NCBI GenBank assembly: GCA_038087875.1
Contig: CM075991.1
Span: 3,348,001 to 3,412,000, forward strand
Length of the DNA stretch: 64,000 nt
Direction: 5' to 3'
Source of the DNA: Malacoraja senta
Lineage: Eukaryota
Below, piece after piece: positions 50,617-62,883 of the stretch (positions are counted from its first letter, which is position 1; each line of letters begins with the position of its first letter). The translations under genes and the position numbers were made by a program. The notes under the pieces are model-generated. The model was given only the letters and a program-made list of their open reading frames with translations, made no database searches and had not been told where the DNA came from.

Positions 50617-51499
50617 CACAATGTCTAATAAATAGTTATAGATAGGATTGATTTAGAGGGATATAGACCAAATGCTGGCAGGTGGGACGTGTGGATGGGG
50701 TGAGTTGGTTGGTGTGGGCAAGTTGGGACGAGTTGGACCTTTCCAGTACCGATCGACTCCTCTCATGAGGTCATGATGTCTATTGATAGATGGATAGATA
50801 GAATGCCATTTATTGTCATTTAACCATATAAGGTTCAAACGAAATTGGTTCGGCAAAATGGATAATCCAGAAAGGCTCTGGACCCAAGAGTGCAGGAAAA
50901 TTGGCGGTGTACCTGAACATTCTCCCCATAACTGCAAGTCCCCCAGTTTCCTCCCACATCCCAAAGAGGTCCCAGGAATGAGTAGGTTAACCTCTGATGA
51001 GTGTTTGTCGGCATTGGCCTGTACTCGCTGGAGTTTAAAAGATTGAGGGGAAACCTCATTGAAACGTACAGAATAGTGAAAGGCTTTGGATAGAGTGGAT
51101 GTGGAGAGGATGTTTCCATTAGTGGGAGAGTCTAGAACCAGAGTACGTCAGAATTAAAGGACTTTCCTTTGGGAAGGAGATGAGGAGAAATTGCTTTAGT
51201 CAGAGGGAGGTGAATCTGGGAATTCTTCACCACAGGAGGCTGTAGAGGCCAAGTCAGTGGATATTTTTAAGACAGAGATAGATAGATTCTTGATTAGTCA
51301 GAGGTTATGGGGAGAATGCAGGAGAGTGGAGTTAGGAGGGATCGATCAGCCATGATTGAATGGCAGAGTAGAGTTGATAGGCCAAATGGTCTGATTCTAC
51401 TCCTATTCCTTATGACTTTAAGACATGTGGCATGGGAGGCTAACAAGCTACTGTAAACTCCCCTACAATAGGTAGAGATACAGAATGGAAACAGGCCTT

Positions 51500-52010
51500 T
51501 CATAGAAACATAGAAACATAGAAAATAGGTGCAGGAGTAGGCCATTCGGCCCTTCAAGCCTGCACCGCTATTCAATATGATCATGGCTGATCATCCAACT
51601 CAGTATCCCGTGCCTGCCTTCTCTCCATACCCACAAGGGCCACATCTAACTTCCCCTTAAATGTAGCCAATGAACTGGCCTCAACTACCTTCTGTGGCAG
51701 AGAATTCCAGAGATTCACCACTCTCTGTGTGAAAAATGTTTTTCTCATCTCGGTCCTAAAAGACTTCCCCCTTATCCTTAAACTGTGAGCCCTTGTTCTG
51801 GACTTCCCCAACATCGGGAACAATCTTCCTGCATCTAGCCTGTCCAATCCCTTAAGAATTCTGTAAGTTTCCATAAGATCCCCCCTCAATCTTCTAAATT
51901 CTAGCGAGTACAAGCCGAGTCTGTCCAGTCTTTCTTCATATGAAAGTCCTGACATCCCAGGAATCAGTCTGGTGAACCTTCTCTGTGCTCCCTCTATGGC
52001 AAGAATGTCT
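51500..52010 (-). mobile_element. CR1 3' portion
   Basis: ORF 51581..52051 with CR1 C-terminus; (CTATGTTT)n tail. Confidence 0.9.
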
Positions 52011-52211
52011 TTCGGCCTACCAAGACTTTGCCGACTGTCGATCACCTTCACACTAGTTCTGCGTTATCCCACTCTCTCCTCCACTCCCTACACACTAAGG
52101 GCAGTTTACAGAGGGCCAATTATCCTACAAACCCTCATGTCTTTGGGACGTGGGAGGAATCCAGAGCACCAAGTTTGTAGGTTAATTAACTTTGGTAAAA
52201 TTGTAATATGT

Positions 52212-52540
52212 CCTGGGCCTCCTCCATTGTCAGAGTGAGATCCAGCACAAATTGGAGGAACAGCACCTCATATTTCGCTTGGGTAGTTTACACCCCAGTG
52301 GTATGAACATTGACCTCTCCAACTTCAATTAGCCCTTGCTTTCCCTCTCTCTCCATCCCCTCCACTTCCCAGTTCTCCGACCAGTTTTACTGTCTCTGAC
52401 TACATTTTATCTCTGTACCGCCCACTCCCCTGACATCAGTCTGAAGAAGGGTCGCGACCCGAAGCGTCACCAAATTCGCCCTCTCCAGAGATGCTGCCTG
52501 TCCCGCTGAGTTAGTCCAGCATTTTGTGTCTGCCTTTGAT
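52212..52540 (+). mobile_element. Penelope GIY-YIG C-terminus followed by pLTR with hammerhead-like motif (52441-52468)
   Basis: Encodes LLHCQSEIQHKLEEQHLIFRLGSLHPSGMNID; then CTGAAGAAGGGTCGCGACCCGAAGCGTC. Confidence 0.82.
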
Positions 52541-54498
52541 TTCATAAGATGCCGGCGTTCACTAAGCACAGACCTGGTATGCTCCCTGCTAAGTCTGTGA
52601 CATCAGCCTGGCTTTCCCCAGCCAGCAACAAACGGAGAGACACCACCTGCCACTGAGCTCAGGCAAGATGCAAGCAAAAATCAAATGTGCCCTTAATGTT
52701 GCAATGGTTCTTTATTGTCACGAATGCAGAGCCCTGTGAAATCCTTCTGCACCACCACAAATGCACAGTCCCCATCGCCGTTTACAAAGAGAACGAAACA
52801 GTCCAAGGTCCAAAGTCCAAATTCCGCTCCACATGCTGGAAGTTCCTGGAACCAGGTAAGCCCCAGGCTGCTCCAGGTCCAAGACCCGACGTCTCTCTCC
52901 CCGCCCGACCGCCTCTGTGTCCCGGGAGTGCCTCCTGCAGCCGACCTTGAAGGCACTGAGGGCAATACCCCAGTCCCTCTCAGACTGGTCCACTGCTTGC
53001 TTCCGCCATCACTAGCAGTTCACTCCTTGACTCCCCGGTCTTCGTGGTTTCCGAGTTTCCCCTCTGGCTTGCTGGGCTCCTCGACGCAGCGGCGATCCAG
53101 GCCTGTCGCCACATGTAGCCATTGGATCTTCGGTCTCGGAGTTAGAACATAGAAACATAGAAAAATAGGTGCAGGAGCAGGCCATTCGCCCCTTCGAGCC
53201 AGCACCGCCATTCAATATGATCATGGCTGATTATCTAAAATCAGTCCCCCGTCCCTGCTTTTGCCCAATATCCCTTGATCCGTTAGCCCTAAGAGTGAAA
53301 TCTAACTCTCTCTTGAATACATTCAGTGAATGGGCCTCCACATGCCTTCTGTGGCAGAGAATTCCATGGATTCACAACTCTCAGGGTGAAATTTTTTTAT
53401 CGTCTCAGTCCTATATGGCCTACCCCTTATTCTTAAACTGTGACCCCTTGTTCTCGACTCCCCCAACATCAGGAACATTTTTCCTGCATGTTCGCCGGGT
53501 CACTATTCACTCTCCCTCTCAGCTTCCCCTGTTCCAAGGAAAACAGCCCCAGCCTCTCCAGTCTCTCCTCGTAACTGAAATGTTCCACCCCAGGCAACAT
53601 CCTGGCAAATTGTAAAAACAAGGAACTGCAGATGCTGGTTTACAAAAGAAGACATGAAGTGCTGGTAGACAAAAATGCTGGAGGAACTCAGCGGATGAGG
53701 CAGCAACTGTGGAGCGAAGGAATAGGTGACGTTTCGGGTTGAAACCCATATTCAGACTGTAATGTTTTATATGGACACCCGTCACCCTTTATACACTCCA
53801 CCCTTCCTGAGATCATCTGTTACCGGCCATGTTTTGTTCTGGCCTTCTCAAATCTTTCAGTCTGAAGAAGGTTTCCGACCCGAAACTTCACCTATTCATC
53901 TTCTCCAGAGATGCTGCCTGACCTGCTGAGTTACTCCAACATTTGTGTCCTGGTACCTTGTACCTTCCGAAGAGTCCACCAGGGGCCATACTGGAAGTTG
54001 GACAATTTCTAACTGGACATTTTTTACATTTATCGAGCCAATATAAATTTATCAAGCCAATTAACCTACATACCTGTACGTCTTTGGAATGTGGGAAGAA
54101 ACCGAAGATCTTGGAGAAAACACACGCAGGTCACGGGGAGAACGTGCAAACTCCATACAGACAGCGCCCGTAGTCGGGATCGAATCCGGGTCTGTGGCAC
54201 TGCATTTTGCTGTAAGGCAGCAACTCTACCGCTGCGCCACCGTGACTGTGGCTTCGGTATAAACCAGTACCTGCAGTTTCTTCCTCAATAACGAATATTT
54301 TATATAGTTGTTCCATAATCATCCGATTCTTAAATTCTATGCCCTGGCTAATCAAGGCAAGGACTCCAAATGTATTTTTAACCACCTTATCAACATGAAC
54401 TGTTGCCTTCAGGGATCTTTGGATATGCATCCCTAGATCTCTCCACTCTTGAAGACTTCCAACATTAATTGGGCATATTCCATTCTCATTATATGTAA

Positions 54499-54828
54499 AA
54501 GCCCTGTCCCACGGTACGTGTTCATTCCAAGAGTTCTCCCGAGTTTGCACTGATTCGAACTCGGAGATTTACGGTAATGGCCACTCGTCGGTACTCGGGG
54601 CTCTCGGGGACATTTTTCAACATGTTGAAAAATCTTCACGAGTCTTCCCGTGCTTACCTGCCATTAGCGAATCTTCCCGAGTACCTGCCGTTAGCGTTAC
54701 GAGCCGCTAAGAGACGTCCCCGAGCTCAGACGTACCCGCTACGTTCATTCTCCGTGCTTACCACGAGTTAGATTTTTTTAAAACTCGGGAGAGCTCGTGG
54801 AATGAACTCGTACCGTGGGACAGGGCTT
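54499..54828. mobile_element. PIF/Harbinger-like MITE, same family as 32085
   Basis: TIRs AAGCCCTGTCCCACGGTACG / CGTACCGTGGGACAGGGCTT; TAA and TAG flanks. Confidence 0.85.
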
Positions 54829-55617
54829 TAGGAAAGAACTGCAGATGTTGGTTTAAATCGAAGGTAGACACAAAATGCTGGACTTACTCAGCGGGTGAAG
54901 CAGCTTCGCTGGAGAGAAGGAATGGGCAACATTTTGGGTTGAGACCCTTCTTCAGACTGATTAGTTTAGTATAGTTCAGTCTCCCCACCTTCAATGATGT
55001 GAAGTTCAGCAAAATAAAATTGGACAGAAATCAGAATGGGCCACAAACCAACTGGCTACTGGCAGCATTGCATGTCTCCTGACATGAATCGTGTCTTTGA
55101 AGCAGAAGGTCAGGACCGTTGCAGCTCAACAGACCATGAGTCACAGAGATTTAACACGGAAAGTAAGGATTCCACCCAAGAAGAATGAAAAACAAATTAA
55201 ACATTTGCACATTTGAATTACTGGATTCTAATCTATTTTAGGGAGGACAAATAACTCAAGATGAAAAGTGAAGAAAATTCTCAAACCTTAGCAAAGTCTG
55301 ACATGACAATGCAAATATTATTCCCACCAGTTTATCATTCACACCCAACAAACAGCTAACAATGGCCGGTTTCCTTTACATTCGTTACTTTTTTGCATAT
55401 CTTTCATTCATTGTTCTTTATCTCCCTACATCACCGTCTGTGTCTCTCATTTCCCTTTCAGTCTGAAGAAGTATCTCGACCCGAAACGTCACCCATTCCT
55501 TCTCACCAGAGATGCTGCCTGTCCCGCTGAGTTACTCCAGCTGTTTGTATCATTCCGTGGCTATGGGATGTGGCTTCCGAAGATTTGTATCTCGGTATAT
55601 TATCAGTGAAGTAAATT

Positions 55618-55752
55618 ATCGGAAGAGAGGCAGTTAACAACACCAGCTTGCTGTTGCGAATGTCTAACATGCAAAAGGTTCGAACCTCCAAATGTCAAAA
55701 AACCTTTAAAAAAATCGGAAGAGAGGCAGTTAACAACACCAGCTTGCTGTTG
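55618..55752. repeat. 39-bp perfect direct repeat around a 57-bp spacer
   Basis: ATCGGAAGAGAGGCAGTTAACAACACCAGCTTGCTGTTG at 55618-55656 and 55714-55752. Confidence 0.9.
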
Positions 55753-55787
55753 GATCATTGTCTTCTCCTAAGGCAGTATGTCGAGAT

Positions 55788-56082
55788 CTTTAGACTTTAG
55801 ACATACAATGCGGAAACAGGCTCTTCGGCTCTCTGAGTCCGCGCCGACTCGCGATCACCCCGCACACGAGCACTATCCTACACACTAGGGACATTTTTTC
55901 AACTTACCTACGAATTAACCTACGAATCTGCACGTCTTTGGAGTGTGGGTGGAAACCGGAGCACCCGGAGAAAACCCATGTAGTCAGGGGGAGAATGTAC
56001 AAACTCCGTACAGACAGAACCCATAGTCAGGATCGAACCCGGGTCTCTGGCGCTGTAAGGCAGCAGCTCTACCATTGCGCCA
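55788..56082 (-). mobile_element. HE1-type SINE
   Basis: B box, V-domain, (CTAAAGT)n tail. Confidence 0.85.
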
Positions 56083-57093
56083 TTATATAACTTGCGTCAA
56101 TTCCAGTTCTATAGGATCCAAGGTAGCTGGTAAGGCCAAGGTGTGACATGCAGGTTTCCCTACTGGTTGTTCCATGAGGCTCAGTTAAAGTTAAAGCCTA
56201 TTCATCACATAACTCACCCAATTAAAGCTTTCCAATTATTTCAGTGATGATAAATGACCCTCAGCGCATTGATTGTAATAAGGTCCTAAGGTCATAAGGT
56301 CATGTGATTGGAGCAGAATTAGGCTATTCATCCCCTCGTTTACTCCACCATTCAATCGTCGTTGATCTATCTCTCTCTCCTAACCTCAATCGCCTGCCTT
56401 CACCCCATACCCCATGACACCCGCACTAATCAAGAATCTATCAATCTACCTTTAAAATATCCGTTGACCTCCCACGAGTGGATACATCCTCTCTACATCC
56501 ACTGGAGGGGTATGGACCAAGCGCAGGCAGGTGGGACTAGTGTAGCTGGGACAAGTTGGCCAGTGTGGGCAAGTTGGGCTGAAGGGCCTATTTCCACGCT
56601 GCATCGCTCTATGACTCTACTCTATCCAAGCTTTTCACTATTTTTTTAAATGACAATAATAATTTTAGTGCAACATGCCTGGGTACATTTTAACTCCGTT
56701 GCTAAAAGACATGCTAAGATGCTTTGACATTGGACGGAGACAGATATTGATATTGCTTCTCAATGCCGACGCTTTACAGACGAGTTGAGTGAATGCAGCA
56801 GATGAGCCTGTCATGAATTGCAAGCACATGCCGACAGTTGAGGAGATCATTCACCTGTTTGGCAAAATAGATCTGTTAATTATGCTGCACCCATCGTGCA
56901 GCTTCACGCGCTGCTGCCTCACTTATCAGCCTGGACGTGGAGCGGTTGTCACATAGTACTAACCTGTGTGTGTGAGACAGGGAATGGGGAGGTGAAGCGT
57001 GTGAGGATGAAGGCACTGTGCCAACACTGTGCGCTCCTTCCTCAGAGATAACCCTCCACCTCACTCTGTTTACAGGAGTGACCTGCAGTCCCA

Positions 57094-57447
57094 GGCAGGA
57101 AACATGTTCCCGATGTTGGGGGAGTCCAGAACCAGGGGCCACAGTTTAAGAATAAGGAGTAAGCCATTTAGAACGGAGACGAGGAAACACTTTTTCTCAC
57201 AGAGAGTGGTGAGTCTGTGGAATTCTCTGCCCCAGAGGGCGGTGGAGGCAGGTTCTCTGGATGCTTTCAAGAGAGAGCTAGATAGGGCTCTTAAAAATAG
57301 CGGAGTCAGGGGATATGGGGAGAAGGCAGGAACGGGGTACTGATTGGGGATGATCATCCATATTCACATTGAATGGTGGTGCTGGCTTGAAGGGCCAAAT
57401 GGCCTACTCCTGCACCTATTGTCTATTGTCTATTGTCTATTGTCCAT
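57094..57447 (+). mobile_element. CR1 3' end, (CTATTGT)n-tail subfamily
   Basis: MFPMLGESRTRGHSL..WNSLPQR; tail. Confidence 0.9.
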
Positions 57448-58020
57448 TGAGCCTTGAAGATAGACACAAAATGCTGGGAGTAACTCAGCGGGGCATGCTG
57501 CATCTCTGGAGAGAAGGGTTGGGTGACGTTTCGGGTCGAGACCCTTCTTCATCCTCGTTGCGGCTCCACGCTATCAGTTTTAAATCCAGAAAACTCACAG
57601 CGCCGGAGACCCGTGTTTGATGCTGACCTCGGGCGCTGTCTGTGTGGAGTTTGTACGCTCCATCTATTAAATCTTGTCAGCTGTCATGATAATGGCAGTG
57701 TTGTTCATGCATCACTATTGAACTTTAGTTTACAGATACAGCGTGGAAACAGGTCCTTCGGCGAAAAGGAACCGGTGACCTTCTTCAGAGCTGAACAAAG
57801 CAAGCATACAAACTAGTTCTGTAGGCGATCACTGACACTGCATTTCTCTGATGTGTCTTTTTCATTCTGTTTTTTCCAGCATTCCACTTGACAATATACT
57901 TTACAAGGCTGTATCAAATTCCCCTTGGAAAAGATACAACCAAAAAGCATGTTTTCTAACTGGCGAACATTGCACCTCTACCCATCTCTCTCTTTCCCCA
58001 ACTGTTGCCCAATAGTCAGT

Positions 58021-58457
58021 GGGGCAGTGGGGCAGGTGCTATCGACCTGCACAGGAAGGTAGACGCTCCCGCCCCCACGAGTCTCGGCAGATGGGGCTCG
58101 TCAGCCTTGGGAAGGCAGTCCATCTAGGAGAGGGAAAACTCTGATTTAAAACCTCCACTGCCTTGTGGCCATATCCAGTCATGGAAAAGGCTCCAGGAGC
58201 AAACCTCAAGAGAAATCCGGAGTCGGAGCCCCTAAGGCAGTTCGTCGTTGTCTACAACCTCGCTCTGGCAGCTCCTGCGACGGCGCTGGTGCCAAACTGT
58301 AACGGCCCTGCTGTTCCTTTGGATCGATCAGCGACGTGGAGAGGGGGGACGTGCTGCATGGGCAACAGCCTGTCCTGCATATGACATCGCCCAGGCTTGC
58401 ATCTGACCAGGATGCATCACCCATGGTCAGTCATGACCGATAGGGGCCTACTACTAC
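58021..58457 (+). mobile_element. Non-autonomous, probably RTE-related short element with (TAC)n tail
   Basis: TSD TAGTCAGT at 58013-58020 and 58458-58465; CTAGGAGAGGGAAAACTCTGA motif reminiscent of RTE 5' UTRs. Confidence 0.6.
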
Positions 58458-59026
58458 TAGTCAGTCCCTCTCCCATCTCACTCAATCCAAGCCCCGAATA
58501 AAGATCCAACACCATTCTTCAAAATTTCCTTCCATTGACAGCAAGGAAATTTATTGTTCAATCCATTCAACTAATCCCTTTCCCAGTTCCTTCCCTACTC
58601 AAGATATGTATATTCAAGCATTATGATTGTAAATCACGACTGTAGCGGCACATTTTTATTCTGTGCTTCTTTTGGCTTTTGTCGAGTTTGGAGTTAAAAG
58701 CCTTGGTCCATTCTGTGGCTTCGAAGGGCTGGGTAGAGAAGCAGGGAAGAATCAAAGGACCAGAAATATGCAGACCGACAACCCAATGGTCACCGAGACA
58801 AGGGTAAGAGCTGTGCATTAATTCGCTTTGGTTGTGCATATATTTATAGAATGCCTTGTAGTCAATGCCTACTATGTTCTGTTGTGTTGAAGCAAAGCAA
58901 GAATTTCATTGTCCTATCAGGGACACATGACAATAAACTCACTTGACTTGACTTGACTTGACCAAGAGCTTCCACTACGAAAGGTTGTGTTAAATCATGA
59001 GTTGTTGTTCATTGCAGGCTTATTAT

Positions 59027-59325
59027 AGGGCAGCACAGTGGCGCAACGGTAGAGTTGCTGCCTTACAGAGCCAGAGACCCGGGTTCGATCCTGATTACAG
59101 GTGCTGTCTGTACGGAGTTTTAACATTCTCCCTGCGACCACATGGGTTTTCTCCTAGAGCTCCGGTTTCCTCCCACATTCCAATGATGTGCGGGTTTGTA
59201 CCTTAATTCGCTTCTTTAAATTGCCCCTGGTGTGCAGGATAGTGTACGGATGATTGTTGGCCAGCACGGACTCAGTGGACTGAAGGGCCTGCTTCCATGC
59301 TGTATATCTAAAACAAAAACTAAAC
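59027..59325 (+). mobile_element. HE1-type SINE
   Basis: A box TGGCGCAACGG, B box GGTTCGATCC. Confidence 0.85.
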
Positions 59326-60237
59326 TTGTCCAAATCTGCTTAGCGCAAGCATTTGGTTCGAAGGATTCCCGAAGGAAAAACTTTTTGTGAATACTCATAG
59401 AATTGGACTGCGAGGCAAGTGTAGCTCCCTTAGAGGGAGTATCTCAGTGGGTCAGGCAGCATCGCTGGAGAACATGGACAGGTGGCAGTTCAGGTGAGAA
59501 CCCAGGGAGGCTACCTGACCTGCTGATTTACTCCAGCACTTTGTGTCTCTTTTTTTGTAAACCAGCACCTGCAGTTCCTGGTTTCTCCATCCTTAGGGAT
59601 TGCCTAAGAAGGGAGAGGTCCACTTGATTGATTGATAATAGATACTTAATTGTCACATGTACTTGGTACAGAGAGATTCTTTCTTTTACACACAATACAC
59701 AAGGTATGCAAAGAGTCGACACATAAAGGGCGGCAACAAAGTTACAAAAGTATTCAATATAGTCCCAATGGTCCCGCTTCATTCTCACTCCCTACACCCC
59801 CCTCCCCCCTCACTGCCGGTCCCTCTTTGTTCCTGCGGCCCCCCACTCTGCCGAAGGGTCTCGACCCAAAACGTCACCTCTTCCTTTCTTCCAAAGATGT
59901 TGTCTGACCCATTGAGCTACTCCAGCTTTATGTATCTATCCACGCACGGCCAGGTTCGTCATTGTTCTCTCAGTGGCCCCTCCACGCTGGGTCCCCCTTT
60001 GTTCTCAGTGGCGTGTCCTCGACCAACCGCTGGGACTCTCACGGGCCCGTCCTCGACCGACCGTGGGCCCTCAAGCGGATGACGTCTCTCCGACAACCTT
60101 CCGCGACCACCGACGGCTGACAGTATGTTTTTGGATATGAGGAGACCCTGGACAGGTAGACTATTGCCCTCTGGGTGGGAGGAGGCATGTGCGGGTATGT
60201 TAAACCAGTATGTTATTATTAAAGCATGTTCCTCATT

Positions 60238-60870
60238 ATTGGCATGTTGGCCTTCATAGCGAGAGGATTTGAGTATAGGAGCAAGGAGTTCTACTGCAGT
60301 TGGCCCTGGTGAGACCACACCTGGAGTATTGTGTGCAGATTTGTTCTCCTAATTTGAGGAAGGACACTATTGTTATTGAGGGAGTGCAACGTAGATTCAC
60401 CAGGTTAATTCCTGGGATGGCGAGACTGTCATATGATGAAAGAATCAGTCGACTGCGCTATATTCATTGGAATTTAGAAGATTGAGAGGGGATCTTATAG
60501 AAACAAATAAAATTCTTAAGGGATTGGACAGGCTAGATGCAGGAAAAATGTTCCCAATGTAGGGGGAGACCAGAACCAGGGGTCACATTTTAAGAATAAG
60601 GGGTAGGCCATTTAGGACTGAGATGAGGATGAACATTTATACCCAGAGAGTTGTGAATCTGTGGAACCCTCTGCCACAGAAGGCAGTGGAGGCCAATTCA
60701 CTGGATGTATTCAAGAGAGAGTTAGATATAGCTCTGAGGGCTAACAGAATTTAAGGAATATGGGGAGAAAAGAGGAACGGGGTACTGATTTTGGATGATC
60801 AGCCATGATCATATTGAATGGCTCGAAGGGCCAAATGGCCTTACTTCTGCATCTATTTATGTTGCTATTT
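60238..60870 (+). mobile_element. CR1 3' portion
   Basis: [22 protein letters not shown]. Confidence 0.88.
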
Positions 60871-61546
60871 CCTTTTCGTACCCTAGACAAACTTTTTTGC
60901 AAACGTTACCAAGCCTGAATTAACTGGATTCTATGGCGCATTAGCCTTGGAATGGCAACGTGATTTACAAAAGCAATTAAATTAAAAACTCAAAAACTTT
61001 TAAACTCGTTTAAGTACAAAATCTTACACAAGTTTCCCGTAGCTTATTCCCACTGCATACTTGCTTGATGCATTCATGCACCGAAAACCACGGGGGATTA
61101 CTTCAGCATGTTCCCCGTCTCCTATATATATTTTTTAGCTTGGCATTTCGTTGCATATTCCTGGGCTGTATGTTCTAGCTTCTCCCTAGTGATGCAGAGA
61201 TTTGAACACTGACTACATTATTACACACAAGGCAGTAACTCTCTCTCAACAAACAGCCTGCTGTGCTTTGCCATGTCTATATCCAGCTGACCTACTCATT
61301 TTGATTAGGTTGTCTCATTACACACACCTCATTACTGTTCTTAGATGCAATACATGCAGACATAACACTAATCCCTCATTATACAAGGAAAAGATAGAAA
61401 CTCAATTAATTGCAATGTCCTTTCAACATATATTTATAATTAACATTGCTCTTCTTGAATAAGACTTTAGGTTAGGGTTCCGTGTAAGAAGAAAATGCAC
61501 ATGCTTCTTCTTGTGTATGGCGTGCACAGCCTAAAATTGTAGGACA

Positions 61547-62249
61547 TCAGTCTATGAAAGTAAGCATGCAGGTACAGCAGGCAGTGAAGAAAGCCAATGG
61601 CATGTTGGCCTTTATAACAAGTTGAATCGAATATAGGAGCAAAAAGGTCCTTCTGCAGTTGTACAGAGCCCTAGTGAGACCACACCTGGAGTATTGTGTG
61701 CAGTTTTGGTCCCTAATATGAGGAAGGACATTCTTACTATTGAGGGAGTGCAGCGTAGGTTTACAAGGTTAATTCCCGGGATGGCGGGACTGTCATATGC
61801 TGAGAGAATGGAGCAGCTGGGCTTGTACACTCTGGAGTTTAGAAGGATGAGAGGGAATCTCATTGAAACATATAAAGATTGTTAAGGGCTTGGAACACGC
61901 TAGAGGCAGGAAACATGTTCCCGATGTTGGGGGAGTCCAGACCAGGACCACAGTTTAAGAATAAGGAGTAAGCCATTTAGAACGGAGACGAGGAAACACT
62001 TTTTCTCACAGAGAGTGGTGAGTCTGTGGAATTCTCTGCCCCAGAGGGCGGTGGAGGCAGGTTCTCTGGATGCTTTCAAGAGAGAGCTAGATAGGGCTCT
62101 TAAAAATAGCGGAGCCAGGGGATATGGGGAGAAGGCAGGAACGGGTACAGATTGGGGATGATCAGCCATGATCACATTGAATGGCGGTGCTGGCTCAAAG
62201 GGCCAAATGGCCTACTCCTGCACCTATTGTCTATTGTCTATTGTCTATT
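61547..62249 (+). mobile_element. CR1, (CTATTGT)n-tail subfamily
   Basis: CR1 C-terminal coding remnants and tail. Confidence 0.9.
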
Positions 62250-62286
62250 GTTCTCTTTGATCTTATTTGATTGTGCACGCCAGGTT

Positions 62287-62340
62287 GATTGCATTCGTCG
62301 AAACAGGGCGGACCACGTGAAGTTTGCAATCTCCCACCCC
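62287..62340 (-). ncRNA. HDV-like ribozyme fold, copy B
   Basis: GGGGTGG GA GATTGCA AAC TTCACGT GGT CCGCCCT GTTTCGAC GAA TGCAATC. Confidence 0.78.
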
Positions 62341-62883
62341 ACTGCAGATGCTGGTTTACACCGAAGATAGACACAGCATTTTGCAGTAACTCAGCGGGTC
62401 AGGCAACGGCCCTGGAGAAAAGGAATAGGTGACGTTTTGGGTCGAGACCCTTCTTCAGACGTCACCCTGTCTGAGGAAGGGTCATGACCCAAAACATCAC
62501 CTATTCCTTTTCTCCAGGGATGCTGCCAGACCCTCTGAGTTACTCCAGCATTTAGTGTCTGTCTTGGGATAGGTTCTAGCGCCTATGAAGCCTTCGTTAA
62601 TGTCCTAATACCTGATGCATTCTTATTATCTCCATTTGCTCACCAGCTCAAGTCAAGTTTATTGTCACTTGCACAAGAAGGGTGAGGTACATTGAAAACT
62701 ATTGGCACATAGAATCAGCATAGACCTGGTCAGCACACTTGATACAAGATGGCACAGTGGTGCAGTGGTAGAGTTGCTGCCTCACAGTGTTACAGGCCTG
62801 GCTGCTGTCTGTATGGAGTTTGTATATTCTCCCTGTGACCGTGTGGGTTTTCTCCTGGTGCTCCAGTTTCATCTGAATGTACT

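Larger units (their letters stand above)
61506..62340 (-). mobile_element. HDV-ribozyme-headed short retroposon, copy B (split by a CR1 at ~61547-62249)
   Basis: 3' half at ~61506-61546 and 5' half at ~62250-62340; degenerate TSD AATGCACATGCT / ACTGCAGATGCT. Confidence 0.82.

Noticed and set aside
55618..55752. Repeat-spacer-repeat resembling CRISPR
   Set aside because: Only two repeats, eukaryotic context, no cas genes
56665..56860. Acceptor-like site and short ORF on the minus strand
   Set aside because: Early stops and no homology evidence
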